DNA of 64,000 nucleotides, taken from NCBI GenBank assembly GCA_963758295.1, contig CAVWUU010000003.1, positions 232,724 to 296,723 of the forward strand, read 5' to 3'. The notes beneath the pieces are model-generated. The model searched no databases and was not told the origin of the DNA. It saw nothing but the letters and a program-made list of their open reading frames with translations. How positions within the stretch are numbered: position 1 is the first letter of the stretch; each line of letters begins with the position of its first letter. This document shows positions 9,670 through 20,948 of this stretch, piece by piece. This DNA comes from Candidatus Eremiobacteria bacterium. GTDB taxonomy: Bacteria > Vulcanimicrobiota > Vulcanimicrobiia > Vulcanimicrobiales > Vulcanimicrobiaceae. Made by a program: the position numbers and the translations under genes.

Positions 9670-10763
9670 GCAGTACGGTTCCGATCGAGGCGGTCGACGT
9701 TTCGATCTACCGCGTTCCGACGGACGGCGGTCCCGAATCCGACGGGACCGCGGTCTGGGACGCGACGACGATGGTGTTCGTTGAAGTTCGCGCCGGCGGA
9801 AAGACCGGTATCGGGTACTCCTATGCCGATCGCGCCACGGCGGACGTGATTCGTGACGACTTTCGCGACTTGCTGACAGGATGCGATGCGCTGGAAACCG
9901 GCAAACGCTTTGCGGACATGCAAGCCAAGATCCGGAATATGGGACGCGACGGGATCACCTCTATGGCCATCTCCGCCGTTGACATCGCGCTTTGGGACCT
10001 CAAAGGAAAGCATTTCGATGCGCCGGTCTGCACGCTGCTCGGGACCGCGCGAAGCGCCGCACCGCTCTACGGCAGCGGCGGATTCACATCTTATACGGTG
10101 GACCGATTGCGCGAGCAGCTTTCCGGCTGGGTGAACGACGGCATTCCGCGCGTCAAAATGAAGGTTGGAAGAAGCCCCGCCGATGACGTGGATCGCGTGA
10201 AGAAAGCGCGCGACGCGATTGGCAAGGACGCGGAATTATTCGTCGATGCGAACGGCGCTTATTCGCGTAAACAAGCACTACGAATCGCCGAAATATTTGC
10301 AGATGCGAACGTGAGCTGGTTCGAGGAGCCGGTGTATCATCAAGACTTCGAAGGCTTGCGCCAAATTCGCGAGCGCGCTCCTGCATGTATGGACGTAGCA
10401 TCCGGCGAGTATGGATACGGCCTGTATCACTTCTGGCGAATGCTCACCGCCGAAACGGTCGATTGTCTACAGGCCGACGCGTCGCGCTGCGGCGGGTTCA
10501 CCGGCCTGCTGGCCGTTGACGGGCTGTGCCAGACGGCCATGATGCCGCTGTCGACGCACTGCGCACCGCATCTGCAACTCCACGCCGCTCTCGCATGCAA
10601 GATGTTGCGGCATATGGAGTTCTTTTACGATCACGTGCGGATCGAGCGAATGCTGTTCGAGGGCGTTGCACCGCCGATAGACGGCGCACTCGAGCCCGAT
10701 CTGACCCGTCCCGGCATCGGTCTCGAATTGAAGCGCGCCGACGCGGCGCGATATGCAATCTAA
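9666..10763 (+). CDS. Mandelate racemase/enolase superfamily enzyme (possible sugar-acid dehydratase)
   Basis: AVDIALWD, KMK, DAN, WFEEP, GE motifs. Confidence 0.88.
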   Translation: MSSTVPIEAVDVSIYRVPTDGGPESDGTAVWDATTMVFVEVRAGGKTGIGYSYADRATADVIRDDFRDLLTGCDALETGKRFADMQAKIRNMGRDGITSMAISAVDIALWDLKGKHFDAPVCTLLGTARSAAPLYGSGGFTSYTVDRLREQLSGWVNDGIPRVKMKVGRSPADDVDRVKKARDAIGKDAELFVDANGAYSRKQALRIAEIFADANVSWFEEPVYHQDFEGLRQIRERAPACMDVASGEYGYGLYHFWRMLTAETVDCLQADASRCGGFTGLLAVDGLCQTAMMPLSTHCAPHLQLHAALACKMLRHMEFFYDHVRIERMLFEGVAPPIDGALEPDLTRPGIGLELKRADAARYAI

Positions 10764-10790
10764 ATCAATTTTCAAAGGGCAACAAGGTCG

Positions 10791-13700
10791 ATGATCAAGA
10801 TTTTAGGCACGGTCGAGTCGCGGCGTGGCGCGGCGAACGGTTCCTCCCCCATTCCGACGGATCGCCGTGATGCCGTCAACGCACCGGCCGATGAGAACAC
10901 CGAGTTGCTGGAAGCGGCGCTACGCGCTGCCGTCCGCGGTGAAGTCCGGTTCGACCGGGGAACGCGGGCGATGTATGCGACGGATGCGTCGAATTACCGG
11001 CAAGTGCCGATCGGCGTGGTAATACCGCGCGACTCGGATGACGTTGTGGCCGCCATCGCCGTCTGCCGGCGGTTCAGCGCGCCGATCGTTTCACGCGGCG
11101 GCGGAACGAGCCTCGCCGGGGAAACGTGCAATGCCGCCGTTGTCATCGACTTCAGCAAGTACATGAATGCCATCGTCGAGATCGACTGGGCCGGTAAAAA
11201 AGCGCGCGTGCAACCGGGATTGGTGAATGACGATCTGCGCGACAAGGCCGAAGAACGGCATCTGACGTGGGGGCCCGATCCGGCCACGCACAACCGCAAT
11301 ACCTTCGGCGGCATGCTGGGCAACAACTCGTGCGGCATGCACGCACAGATGGCAGGCAAGGCCGAAGACAACACTGAGGAACTGGAGATCGTCACGTACG
11401 ACGGCCTCCGGATGCGCGTCGGTAAAACGCCCGACGAAGATCTAGAGCGAATCATTGCCGAAGGGGGCCGCCGCGGCGAAATTTACTCGAAGCTGAAAGC
11501 GCTGCGCGATCGGTACGCCGATTTGATTCGAAAGCGCTTCCCGGATATTCCTCGCCGCGTCTCGGGCTTCGCGATCGACCAGCTGCTGCCGGAAAACGGC
11601 TTCGACGTTGCGCGAGCCCTGGTGGGTTCCGAAGGCACGTGCGTCACGATCACCGAGGCGACGGTCCGCCTCGTGCACAGCCCGCCGTGCCGCGCGCTCG
11701 CGCTCTTCGGGTTTTCCGATATTGCGACGGCCGCCGATCACGTACCGTTTTGCAACGAGCACGGACCGATTGCGCTCGAAGGTCTGGACGAGTCGATGTT
11801 CCGGTACATGCACGATAAAGGCGAATCGACGAAGAGCCGCTCGATGTTCCCTGACGGAAACGCTTGGCTCATTGTCGAGTTCGGCGGCGAAAGCGCCGAT
11901 GAAGCCGACGGAAAAGCCAACGCGCTGGCCGAGGCCTTTAAAAAGAACAGCGATCCGCCGAGCTATAAGCTTATTGAAAAAGACGATGAAGAGCAGCGTC
12001 TGTGGGCCCTACGCGACAACGGCCTCGGCGCTACGTCGAAGATTCCGAACGAGCCGGATTTTTATCCCGGCTGGGAAGATTCCGCGGTCGATCCCAAAGA
12101 GCTCGGCGACTACTTACGCGACTTCCAGAAGCTCATGGATGAATTCGGCTATGTGGCTTCGCTTTACGGGCATTTCGGTCAGGGCTGCCTGCATTGCAGC
12201 ATCAATTTTGATTTGTTCACGGCCGAAGGCATCGCACGCTACCGGCAGTTCGTAACAAAAGCCGCCCATTTGTGCGTGAAATACGGCGGTTCGCTATCGG
12301 GCGAGCATGGCGATGGTCAGGCGCGCGGCGAGCTCTTGTCGATTATGTACGGCGACGACCTTTGCCAAGCGTTCTGGGACTTCAAAAAGATCTGGGATCC
12401 CGATGAAAAGATGAACCCGGGCAAGGTCGTGCATCCCTATAAGCTTGATGAGAACTTACGCTGGGGCGTCAACTACGAACCGTGGGATCCGCCGACGCAC
12501 TTCCATTTCACCGAAGATAAGGGCAGCTTCGCTTTTGCCGCTAATCGCTGCGTCGGCACCGGCAAATGCCGCAAACACGACTCCGGAACCATGTGCCCAA
12601 GTTACATGGCAACGAAAGAAGAATCGTACTCAACGCGCGGACGCGCGCGGCTGCTCTTTGAAATGCTGCAGGGCAATCCGCTCGAGAACGGTTGGCGCAA
12701 TGAAGCGGTAAAGGACGCGCTCGAGTTTTGCCTTGCGTGCAAAGGCTGCAAGGGCGAGTGTCCCGTTAACGTCGATATGGCGACCTACAAAGCGGAATTT
12801 TTATCGCACTATTACGACGGACGCATCCGCCCGCGCAACGCGTATGCATTTGGGCTAATGTACTGGTGGGCGAAGGTTGCGGCGCTCGCGCCGGGTGTCG
12901 CCAATATGGCAGCGCAAACGCCGGGCTTGAATTGGATCGCTAAGCGGCTTACCGGGATGGCGCCGCAACGGCGCATTCCGACGTTCGCGCCTCAAACGTT
13001 CCGCGCGTGGTTCAAAGCGCGTGGCGAGCGCAATGTCGGAAAATCGAAAGTCCTTCTTTGGCCTGACACCTGGAACAATCACTTTCACCCCACGACCGCC
13101 ATGGCCGCCGTCGAAGTCCTGGAAGATGCCGGTTTCCACGTAACGATTCCTAAGACGCAACTCTGCTGCGGCCGGCCGCTGTACGACTACGGCATGCTGG
13201 ACCTTGCAAAAGAACTGCTGATTCGTACGCTCGATTCCCTTCGCGACGAGATTCGCGCCGGTACGCCGGTCGTGGGACTGGAACCGAGTTGCGTTTCCGT
13301 CTTTCGCGATGAAATGGTCGATCTGCTCGGGGACGATCAAGACGCTTCCCGGCTGAAATCGCAGACCTTTCTCTTCACGGAGTTTCTCGAGAAGGCCGCA
13401 CCCGACTATGCACCGCCTAAACTTCAAGGCAAAGCGATCGTTCATCAGCACTGTCATCACAAGTCCGTTCTAAACAAGGCGAGCGAAGAAGCGGTATTCA
13501 AGCGTACCGGGCTCGACTTCAAAGTGCTGGACGACGGCTGCTGCGGAATGGCGGGAGCGTTCGGGTTCGAGGAGACGCATTACGACGTTTCTCTCGCGGT
13601 CGGCGAACGCGGACTTCTCCCGGCGGTGCGCGGCGCGGCGGACCAAACGATCCTTGTTGCCGACGGATTCAGCTGTCGCGAGCAAATCGCGCAAACCACC

Positions 13701-13913
13701 GACCGGCTTGCCCTGCATCCGGCGCAGGTGTTGAAGCTTGCGATCGATCAGCGGGGCGAAGCGTTGACGGACGCGCGGCCGGAACGGCGCTACATGGACG
13801 ATCCGCGTGAAAGCGCGCGGAAGGCCGCCCGCGCGGGAACGGTCGCGGCCGCGGCCGCCGTGGCGATCTCACTCGTTGGTATTGCAGCGTTCATGCGAAG
13901 GAAACGAGGCTGA
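10791..13913 (+). CDS. FAD-binding and Fe-S oxidoreductase (D-2-hydroxyacid dehydrogenase-like, GlcD/GlcF fusion type)
   Basis: RGGGTSLAG, GSEGT, GEHGDG, CVGTGKC, CLACKGC..CP, two CCG motifs. Confidence 0.9.
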   Translation: MIKILGTVESRRGAANGSSPIPTDRRDAVNAPADENTELLEAALRAAVRGEVRFDRGTRAMYATDASNYRQVPIGVVIPRDSDDVVAAIAVCRRFSAPIVSRGGGTSLAGETCNAAVVIDFSKYMNAIVEIDWAGKKARVQPGLVNDDLRDKAEERHLTWGPDPATHNRNTFGGMLGNNSCGMHAQMAGKAEDNTEELEIVTYDGLRMRVGKTPDEDLERIIAEGGRRGEIYSKLKALRDRYADLIRKRFPDIPRRVSGFAIDQLLPENGFDVARALVGSEGTCVTITEATVRLVHSPPCRALALFGFSDIATAADHVPFCNEHGPIALEGLDESMFRYMHDKGESTKSRSMFPDGNAWLIVEFGGESADEADGKANALAEAFKKNSDPPSYKLIEKDDEEQRLWALRDNGLGATSKIPNEPDFYPGWEDSAVDPKELGDYLRDFQKLMDEFGYVASLYGHFGQGCLHCSINFDLFTAEGIARYRQFVTKAAHLCVKYGGSLSGEHGDGQARGELLSIMYGDDLCQAFWDFKKIWDPDEKMNPGKVVHPYKLDENLRWGVNYEPWDPPTHFHFTEDKGSFAFAANRCVGTGKCRKHDSGTMCPSYMATKEESYSTRGRARLLFEMLQGNPLENGWRNEAVKDALEFCLACKGCKGECPVNVDMATYKAEFLSHYYDGRIRPRNAYAFGLMYWWAKVAALAPGVANMAAQTPGLNWIAKRLTGMAPQRRIPTFAPQTFRAWFKARGERNVGKSKVLLWPDTWNNHFHPTTAMAAVEVLEDAGFHVTIPKTQLCCGRPLYDYGMLDLAKELLIRTLDSLRDEIRAGTPVVGLEPSCVSVFRDEMVDLLGDDQDASRLKSQTFLFTEFLEKAAPDYAPPKLQGKAIVHQHCHHKSVLNKASEEAVFKRTGLDFKVLDDGCCGMAGAFGFEETHYDVSLAVGERGLLPAVRGAADQTILVADGFSCREQIAQTTDRLALHPAQVLKLAIDQRGEALTDARPERRYMDDPRESARKAARAGTVAAAAAVAISLVGIAAFMRRKRG

Positions 13914-15187
13914 TGCCGCATGTCGTTATTTTGGGCGGCGGCTTTGCCGGATTCTCCGCGGCACGCGAGTTCGAGCGCCGGCGCGCGCGCGTCAAAGATC
14001 TTCGCGTGACGCTGATCGACCGGAACAATTTCATGCTCTTCACGCCCATGCTTCCCGAAGCCGCCACCGGATCGGTCGAGATCCGGCATATCACCGAGCC
14101 CTTTCGAGCAAGTCTGCATAACGTGGAATTCGAGCTCGGCGATGTGTTGGGGATCGACGAGGGCGAACGCTCGGTGCATGTTACGCACCCCCTTACGCGT
14201 GATACGCGCTCGATCCGGTACGACGAGCTGGTGTTCGCGTTGGGGTCAACGCCCTCAACCATGGGCGTTGCGGGCGTTGAGCGATGCACGATCCCGCTTC
14301 GAAGCGTGCACGACGCCGAACGCGTACGCAACGCGGTGCTCGGTTCGATCGAAGTCGCGGCGCAAACCTCCGACATTTCAGAACGCGACCGCCTGTTGCG
14401 ATTCGTGATTGTCGGCGGCGGTTTTACCGGAGTCGAAGCCGCAGGCGAGCTCACTGCGTTCATCCACGCGATCTTAAAGTACTACGCGATCGAAGAGCGC
14501 GCGGTAGAGATCGTGCTTGTGCAAGCTGAAAAGCGCCTTTTGCCGCATCTTCCCGAGCGCTTTGGAAAGTATGCGGCGCGCTCGCTGCACGACCGCGGCG
14601 TGCGCATACTTCTGGGAAAAGAAGTCGACAGCGTCGATCCCGGGGGCGTGGAACTCAAGGGCGGCGAGCGTATCGAGAGCCGGACGATTCTGTGGGATGC
14701 CGGGGTGGAGCCTTCGCCGGTCGTTAAGCGGCTCGGTTTAAAGACAAGCTCGCACGCGGCAATAGAAGTCGAGCGCGATTTGTCGGTTCCTGGGCACGCA
14801 CATCTGTGGGCGATCGGCGATTGCGCCGCCGTGCCCCGCAAGAGCGGTGGTACGTATGCGCCGCTTGCACAAAATGCCGTTCGCGAAGGCCCGCTGTTGG
14901 CACGCAACGTGATCTCCAGGCTTCGAGGGCGATCGACAAAAGCGTTTTCGTACAAAGAGCTTGGGCAGATGGCGTCTCTAGGCAACCGCCAAGCATTAGC
15001 CGAGCTTCCGGGGCGCAAGATGTTGACCGGACTCCCCGCTTGGTTCTTGTGGCGTAGTTATTACCTTAGCCGCGTGCCCGGCGCGGGACGCAAGACGCGC
15101 GTCGCCTTGGACTGGACGCTCGGTCTCGCGTTCCCGCCGGAACTCGCGCGGCTTCCCATGATGGAGCGAGATGAGACTCAACGATAA
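13913..15187 (+). CDS. Type II NADH dehydrogenase family protein
   Basis: Two GxGxxG motifs (GGGFAG, GGGFTGVE), AIGD, AQxA. Confidence 0.88.
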   Translation: MPHVVILGGGFAGFSAAREFERRRARVKDLRVTLIDRNNFMLFTPMLPEAATGSVEIRHITEPFRASLHNVEFELGDVLGIDEGERSVHVTHPLTRDTRSIRYDELVFALGSTPSTMGVAGVERCTIPLRSVHDAERVRNAVLGSIEVAAQTSDISERDRLLRFVIVGGGFTGVEAAGELTAFIHAILKYYAIEERAVEIVLVQAEKRLLPHLPERFGKYAARSLHDRGVRILLGKEVDSVDPGGVELKGGERIESRTILWDAGVEPSPVVKRLGLKTSSHAAIEVERDLSVPGHAHLWAIGDCAAVPRKSGGTYAPLAQNAVREGPLLARNVISRLRGRSTKAFSYKELGQMASLGNRQALAELPGRKMLTGLPAWFLWRSYYLSRVPGAGRKTRVALDWTLGLAFPPELARLPMMERDETQR

Positions 15188-15938
15188 AGTAGCGATCGTG
15201 ACGGGCGGCGATACGGGAATCGGTAAAGCGATTTCGCTTGCATTCGCGCAAGAGGGCGCGCGTGTCGTCATCGATTATTTCGGTAACGAACAGCCCGCCG
15301 CAACGCTGGTGGACCGCATCGAAAACTTCGGCGGGCGCGCGCATGCGATTGCAGCCGACGTTTCAAAAGCCGATGAAGTCGACGAACTCATCAAGGGAAC
15401 CCTCAAACACTTCGGCGCGCTCGACATTTTGGTGAACAACGCAGGGATCGAACAAAAACACCCATTCCTCGAGATGCCGCTTGAGGTCTGGAACAAAGTT
15501 ATCGACGTAAATCTCACCGGTCCGTGGCTATGCTCGCAGGCGGCGGCGAAGCAGATGGTGCGGCAAAAGCGAGGGGGACGTATCATCAACATTTCGTCCA
15601 TTCACGAAGAGCTTGCTATGCCGACCAACGCGCCCTACTGCGCGTCGAAGGGAGGCTTGCGAATGTTGATGCGAACGATTGCCGTAGAGCTTGCGGCGCA
15701 TGCGATCACCGTAAACGACGTCTGCCCAGGAGCGGTTGACACGCCAATGGACGAGCCGCTGAAGCGCGACAAGAAGGAGTACGATGCGTTGATTGGCGAG
15801 ATTCCGCTGCGCCGCATGGCGAAGCCGGAAGAAATTGCCGAACTCTGCGTCTTTCTCGCGTCTGATACCGCCGCATATATTACCGGGGCTTCCTATGTCA
15901 TCGACGGCGGTATGACCAAACAATCGGGCAGCCTATGA
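15171..15938 (+). CDS. SDR oxidoreductase, glucose 1-dehydrogenase-like
   Basis: TGGDTGIG, NNAG, SSIHE, YCASKGG. Confidence 0.85.
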   Translation: MRLNDKVAIVTGGDTGIGKAISLAFAQEGARVVIDYFGNEQPAATLVDRIENFGGRAHAIAADVSKADEVDELIKGTLKHFGALDILVNNAGIEQKHPFLEMPLEVWNKVIDVNLTGPWLCSQAAAKQMVRQKRGGRIINISSIHEELAMPTNAPYCASKGGLRMLMRTIAVELAAHAITVNDVCPGAVDTPMDEPLKRDKKEYDALIGEIPLRRMAKPEEIAELCVFLASDTAAYITGASYVIDGGMTKQSGSL

Positions 15939-18370
15939 TCGCGAAAATCACCGGCTCCGGCGAGCGCATTACAACCTATGAAGTCGAAGACACGCAAATG
16001 GCGACGGGCAGTACGCTCGGGTCGCCGGTTGGCGTCATCGAGATAAAAGCTAACGGCTCGATCAAGAAATTCTATTCGGCGGACGCGGGGCAGGTGCTCA
16101 TTGCGGGAATGCAGGTGCGCTTTTGGGACGACCGTTCCGGCGTAACTCTCGGAGCCCTTCCCGGCGAGTTTATCATCCATCCCGACCGTCAAGAGCACAT
16201 TTTCGAACTTACGAACGGGATCGTAGTTCACGAAAGCGTGTTTATTTTAAACGGGCCGCCCGAACTGCATCAGGCCGATCCGTTAATCGCGTACTACTCC
16301 GTGAAAATGTCCAACAATACGGGTCGCGACGTTAGCATCGATTCGATTGCCGCGGCCGACATGCGTGGGGGCACGCTCCCCGACGTTCGCGTTCGGTATG
16401 ATGCGAGGCTCGAAGCGTTCGTGGCCGACAATAAAGGCTTGCCCGAATTTGCGCGAGCTTTTGGAAGTTCGCGGCGCCCGACCAGCTGGGAACTGACGCA
16501 CGACCACGGCAAATGCAGTCGTCCGGCGTTTCCGGGAAAGCTTCCTAACTGCGTGACTCGCGAACAAGGCGAAGAGTTTATCGCCTTGCTGCATCACCAT
16601 CACCGGCTGAAGAACGCAAGCGAAGTGGAGGTGACCTACGTCTTGGCCGGTTCTTCCAAGGGGACCCGCGGCGCACGCAACGTCTACGCAGGCGCGCCGA
16701 GCGTCTCCGAAGCGTTGAAACGCACGCGCGCGCGGTATCACATGATTCTGAATCGTGCGGTCGTGATGACGCCGAACCAGGAAGTCAACCGCGGCGTGCT
16801 CTGGGCCAAGGCCAACATGCTGCGTACGCAATTGCTGGCGCCGACCGGCTGGTGCTTCGTCAATGACCCGACTCGATCGAACAACAGTGTCGGCCGCGAT
16901 ACCGCGTGGTTCGCGTTTGGCTCCGACTACGTGATGCCCGACTTTTCGCGCGAGTCGCTGCTCTGGTATATCGAGCATCTGGAGAAACGCGGAATGGTCG
17001 TCGAATACTACGACGTTCGCAACGGAAAAGCGGAAGATTACGGCCTGAACATCAACGATAACACGCCGCTGATTATCTTGGCGGCGTGGCATCATTACAA
17101 CGCGACCGGCAACGAAGGGTTCCTCAGGCGAATCTACCGGCCGTGTAAGCGCGCTGCGGAATACATTCTCTCGCAACAGAACGAACTCGGACTTGTGTGG
17201 TGCACGGCCAACGCGACTTCGGACTGGGGCATCGTCGGTTGGCGTAACGTTATCCAGGGGTATCGCCTGAGCGGCGCGACGACGGAAGTGAATTCGGAAT
17301 GCTATGCGGCACTCTCGGCCGTAAGCAAAATGGCTGCCCGGTTGCATAAGGAGAAGGACGCCGACTTTTTCCGTCATCGGGCCGACTCGCTACGCGTCGC
17401 AATCAACAAGCATTTGCTCGATCCGGAAACCGGCCTTTATTATCTGAATATCGACATCGACGGATCGAAGCGCTCCGACGTTACGTGCGATCTTGTATTT
17501 CCGGTGATGTTCGGCGTAGCGGAGCGTGAAACGGCGGCCCAGATCGTGAGCCGCTTGAGCATGGACGCGTTTTGGACGGACGCCGGTATGCGAACGGTTC
17601 CGCGCGATGATATCGACTACGGTCCGACGCACGGGTACGGGCTTCTCGGCGGTGTCTGGGTCGGCGTAGCCTTCTGGTATGCGTTCGCCGCTTCGAGGTT
17701 CAACCCGGACTTCATGGCCTCGTCATTGAGTGAAAGTTTCAAGCATTACTCGCGCGACCCGCGGCGGAACAACACCGTGCCCGGACAGTTTTCCGAGTGG
17801 CTGCATGGCGAAACGCTTACTAATCAAGGCATGATGCTCTCGCCTTGGTTTCCGCCTCGCTATTTGTGGGCGGCCATCGAAGGGGCTGCGGGCTTGGATC
17901 TCTCCGGCGACGAGCCAAGCTGTAACCCGCACCTGGCTCCCGAATGGCGCTGGCTCGGCGTTCGGAACCTGCGGTTTCGCGGAAGCTTTGTTTCCTGGTT
18001 CGTGGTCCGCGCACCGGAACCCATTATGTTCGCCACCTTCCGTTTCGGGCACTCGATGGAGTATCACGCTTACGACGAAGATGTGACGGACGGGCTGCTG
18101 CAAGTGGTTGGCGACGACGTAACGGCGATTGCGATGCGGCGAGACGGTCAGCTTGTAGTCTTCATTGGGAATACGGCGGATCGCACGGTGACGACTTCGC
18201 TTCAGTTTCTCCAGAAGCTCAGCGGAACCATGAGTGCTCGCTTTTATAGCAGCCTGCGAGGCGAATGGATTGAACGAGCGGTTACCGGCGACGAACTATT
18301 CCGCGGCATTCCGATTCAAATCGACCGCAAAGGCTTTTCGGTAATCGAGTTGCGGAGGCATTATGAATGA
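15935..18370 (+). CDS. (alpha/alpha)6-barrel glycoside hydrolase, amylo-alpha-1,6-glucosidase/debranching-like
   Basis: 811 aa; GRDTAW motif, GMRT, GGVW, FSEW. Confidence 0.7.
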   Translation: MIAKITGSGERITTYEVEDTQMATGSTLGSPVGVIEIKANGSIKKFYSADAGQVLIAGMQVRFWDDRSGVTLGALPGEFIIHPDRQEHIFELTNGIVVHESVFILNGPPELHQADPLIAYYSVKMSNNTGRDVSIDSIAAADMRGGTLPDVRVRYDARLEAFVADNKGLPEFARAFGSSRRPTSWELTHDHGKCSRPAFPGKLPNCVTREQGEEFIALLHHHHRLKNASEVEVTYVLAGSSKGTRGARNVYAGAPSVSEALKRTRARYHMILNRAVVMTPNQEVNRGVLWAKANMLRTQLLAPTGWCFVNDPTRSNNSVGRDTAWFAFGSDYVMPDFSRESLLWYIEHLEKRGMVVEYYDVRNGKAEDYGLNINDNTPLIILAAWHHYNATGNEGFLRRIYRPCKRAAEYILSQQNELGLVWCTANATSDWGIVGWRNVIQGYRLSGATTEVNSECYAALSAVSKMAARLHKEKDADFFRHRADSLRVAINKHLLDPETGLYYLNIDIDGSKRSDVTCDLVFPVMFGVAERETAAQIVSRLSMDAFWTDAGMRTVPRDDIDYGPTHGYGLLGGVWVGVAFWYAFAASRFNPDFMASSLSESFKHYSRDPRRNNTVPGQFSEWLHGETLTNQGMMLSPWFPPRYLWAAIEGAAGLDLSGDEPSCNPHLAPEWRWLGVRNLRFRGSFVSWFVVRAPEPIMFATFRFGHSMEYHAYDEDVTDGLLQVVGDDVTAIAMRRDGQLVVFIGNTADRTVTTSLQFLQKLSGTMSARFYSSLRGEWIERAVTGDELFRGIPIQIDRKGFSVIELRRHYE

Positions 18371-19236
18371 ATCAGCGTGAGGGCTATCGATTCGGTCTGA
18401 GCGAGTTCACGACGTGGCCTTGGTCATTCGAGCACGATTTAGAACGCTATGCCGCGCACGGGCTCGACACGATCGAAGTCTGTGAGTTCAAACTCAATAA
18501 GGACGATTACGGCCCGCAACTCCGGCGAATTTCCGAGGCCGGAATGCAGGTAAGCTCGGTGCAGACGGAGGTTCATTCGCTCTTTCCCGACTCGCTTGCG
18601 CCCACGCCGCTCGATCCGGCCGACCGGCTGCATCACATCATGCATGCTATGGAACGGATAGCGCCGCACGTACCGGAAGCAACGCCGTTCGTTCTAATTA
18701 CGGGCGCAGCGCCGCGTGGAGATTGCGAACACGTTTGCGAGTACGCCGTGGAGGCTTTCTCGCGGCTTGCGTACTTTGCGGCGTCGTTGAAAATGCGCGT
18801 AGCGTTCGAACCGCTCAATCCCATTCTTTTTAACACCGACACGGCGCTGTGGGGACTCGATCGAGCACTGGAGCTTATCGGACGGGTCAATCATCCTTCG
18901 CTCGGCCTGTGCGTTGACACGTGGAACATCTTTGAGACGCAAGATGTGGAAAGCGTCATCGGCACGTGCGGTGAGAAGATCTTTCTCGTTCAAGTGAGCG
19001 ACTGGCGCCGGCCGCGGAGCAACGCGGACCGCCGTTCACTTGGCGAGGGCGAGATTCCGACCGTCTCGCTGTTAAGCGCGATTCGCCGAGCGGGCTATGT
19101 CGGGCCGTACGTACTCGAGATCTTTTCGTCGGAATTCTTGCCGGACTCACTGTGGAAGGCCGACATGGACGCGGTGATCGATCACAACATCGTGGAGTTC
19201 GACCGGATGTGGGAAGAGAGCGAGATTCCCGCGTGA
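18367..19236 (+). CDS. Sugar phosphate isomerase/epimerase (TIM barrel)
   Basis: EPL, DTWN, QVSD, R..LGEGEIP, LEIFS. Confidence 0.85.
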   Translation: MNQREGYRFGLSEFTTWPWSFEHDLERYAAHGLDTIEVCEFKLNKDDYGPQLRRISEAGMQVSSVQTEVHSLFPDSLAPTPLDPADRLHHIMHAMERIAPHVPEATPFVLITGAAPRGDCEHVCEYAVEAFSRLAYFAASLKMRVAFEPLNPILFNTDTALWGLDRALELIGRVNHPSLGLCVDTWNIFETQDVESVIGTCGEKIFLVQVSDWRRPRSNADRRSLGEGEIPTVSLLSAIRRAGYVGPYVLEIFSSEFLPDSLWKADMDAVIDHNIVEFDRMWEESEIPA

Positions 19237-19907
19237 AGATTCCAACGAAGATTTACGATTTGAGCCAGCCGGTCTTCAGTAATTGCCCGCAGTATCCGGA
19301 CACCACGCCGCGTCCGGTCGAAGTCCGTTGGATGTACATTCACGGGGTTGAGCCGGTCAACAAAGAAATCGTGGAAATGAGCACGCACACCGGCACGCAC
19401 TGCGATGCGCCGTTTCATTTCTTCGCCGATGGAACGCCGATCGATGCAGTGCCGCTGGAGAATTACGTCGGACGCGCGGTGACGATCGACGTTCGTGGCA
19501 AACAGCCTGGTTCATCGATCGATCGCTCCGACGTGGAGCCGCACTTGGATCGCGTCGCGGAAGGCGACGTCGTGTTGCTCAATACCGGCTGGGGGCATAA
19601 GCGCGCTAACACCAAGGAGTTCCTAACTCAATACGTCTGGTGCAGCGGTGAAGCCGCAGAAGCGATCGTGCGGCGCGGCGCAAAAGGCGTGGGGATCGAC
19701 GCGGTCAGTTTCGGCGGATACAACGATCCGGCAAAAGCCGGCCCGGCACATCGAGCGGTGCTTGGCGCCGGAAAATTCGTCATCGAGGAACTGTTCTTTC
19801 CCGACGAGATCATGGACGGCAAAGAACGATTGTTCGTGTGCGCGCCCGTGAAGCTGCAAGCTTGTAGCGGCGCCTGGACGCGTGCCGCCTTGTGGGAATT
19901 CCAATGA
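19233..19907 (+). CDS. Cyclase family (kynurenine formamidase-like) metal hydrolase
   Basis: HTGTHCDAPFH motif; GTGA overlap with upstream gene. Confidence 0.88.
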   Translation: MKIPTKIYDLSQPVFSNCPQYPDTTPRPVEVRWMYIHGVEPVNKEIVEMSTHTGTHCDAPFHFFADGTPIDAVPLENYVGRAVTIDVRGKQPGSSIDRSDVEPHLDRVAEGDVVLLNTGWGHKRANTKEFLTQYVWCSGEAAEAIVRRGAKGVGIDAVSFGGYNDPAKAGPAHRAVLGAGKFVIEELFFPDEIMDGKERLFVCAPVKLQACSGAWTRAALWEFQ

Positions 19908-20906
19908 GTGCGGCGGGCCGCGGGTTGCGGGAGCGGATCGGTCGAGACGATCAACTCGGGGGCATCATGCCGTTGCGCTTGGAGAACGGCGTACGGGCGG
20001 CGCGCATTCAGACGCTTGGGGGAATCGACGCACTGGTGATTCTCGATCGCGCGATGGATATCGCCCACTGCTCGTTTCTCGGCGTACCGCTCGTATGGCA
20101 CGGTGCCGGCGGCATCCTGCCCGCTCATCCCGGAACGCTATCCGAAGACGAATTCCAACGCCGCTTTTTCGGCGGCCTCTTAACCACGTGCGGCCTCGAA
20201 GCCTTTGGGCCGGCTGGAAGCGACGAGTTCGGAACGTGGGGCCCGCACGGACACGTAAACCATATCGCCGCCGAAGAAATAACGACTCGCGACGATTTTG
20301 GACGCGCCGGAACCGTTCCTCGAATTGGCCGGCGTCGTAACGCAAGCGCGCATGTTTGGCGAATCGTTACGGCTCGAGCGGACGTGGCGAGCGCCGCTTA
20401 CGGGAAACACGCTGTCGCTGCATGACGTCGTGATCAATGAAGGAGCGACCGCCGTGCCGCACATGCTGCTCTATCATTGCAATGCCGGTTATCCATTAGT
20501 CGACGAAAGTGCTGAAGTGTTCGTGTCGCAATCGTCGATGCGAGCTCGCGATGCAGAAGCGCAAGCGGGCCTGCCGGATTGGAACCGCGGCGCGCCTCCG
20601 GCATCCGGTTTTAAGGAGCAAGTCTACATTCATGCGCCGATTGCCGAGGCCGGCGGATGGGCTGCGGCCGGCATTGGTAATGCTTCGCTTCAACGCGGTT
20701 TTACGGTGCAATTTCGGCCCGAGGAGCTGCCCGCATGTTTCTCTTGGCGAATGCTGGCACCGCGTATTTACGTGCTCGCCGTTGAGCCCGCAAACTGCCC
20801 GACGATTCAAGGACGCATCGCCGCGCGCACTGCCGGAACGCTGCCGATGCTTCAGCCCGGCGAATCCGTCGAATACCATCTGCGCTTTTTATTCGCATCA
20901 TCGTAA
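19904..20906 (+). CDS. Aldose 1-epimerase-like (DUF4432) protein with one frameshift near 20296-20299
   Basis: DRAMDI and GGLLTTCG in first frame; LYHCNAGYP and EP in second frame; shift at a T4 run. Confidence 0.8.
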
Positions 20907-20948
20907 GCTTTTCGGCGCATCCAAGCTTTGACGGCCATGACGGAATAG

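Noticed and set aside
16283..17377. Long antisense or alternate-frame ORFs (also 44337-45233, 57404-58552, 61007-61996)
   Set aside because: Shadow ORFs expected from high-GC codon bias opposite well-supported genes
20290..20300. Programmed frameshifting in the epimerase, phosphoesterase and crotonase genes
   Set aside because: Shifts sit in short homopolymers without slippery heptamers or obvious stimulators; sequencing error is simpler
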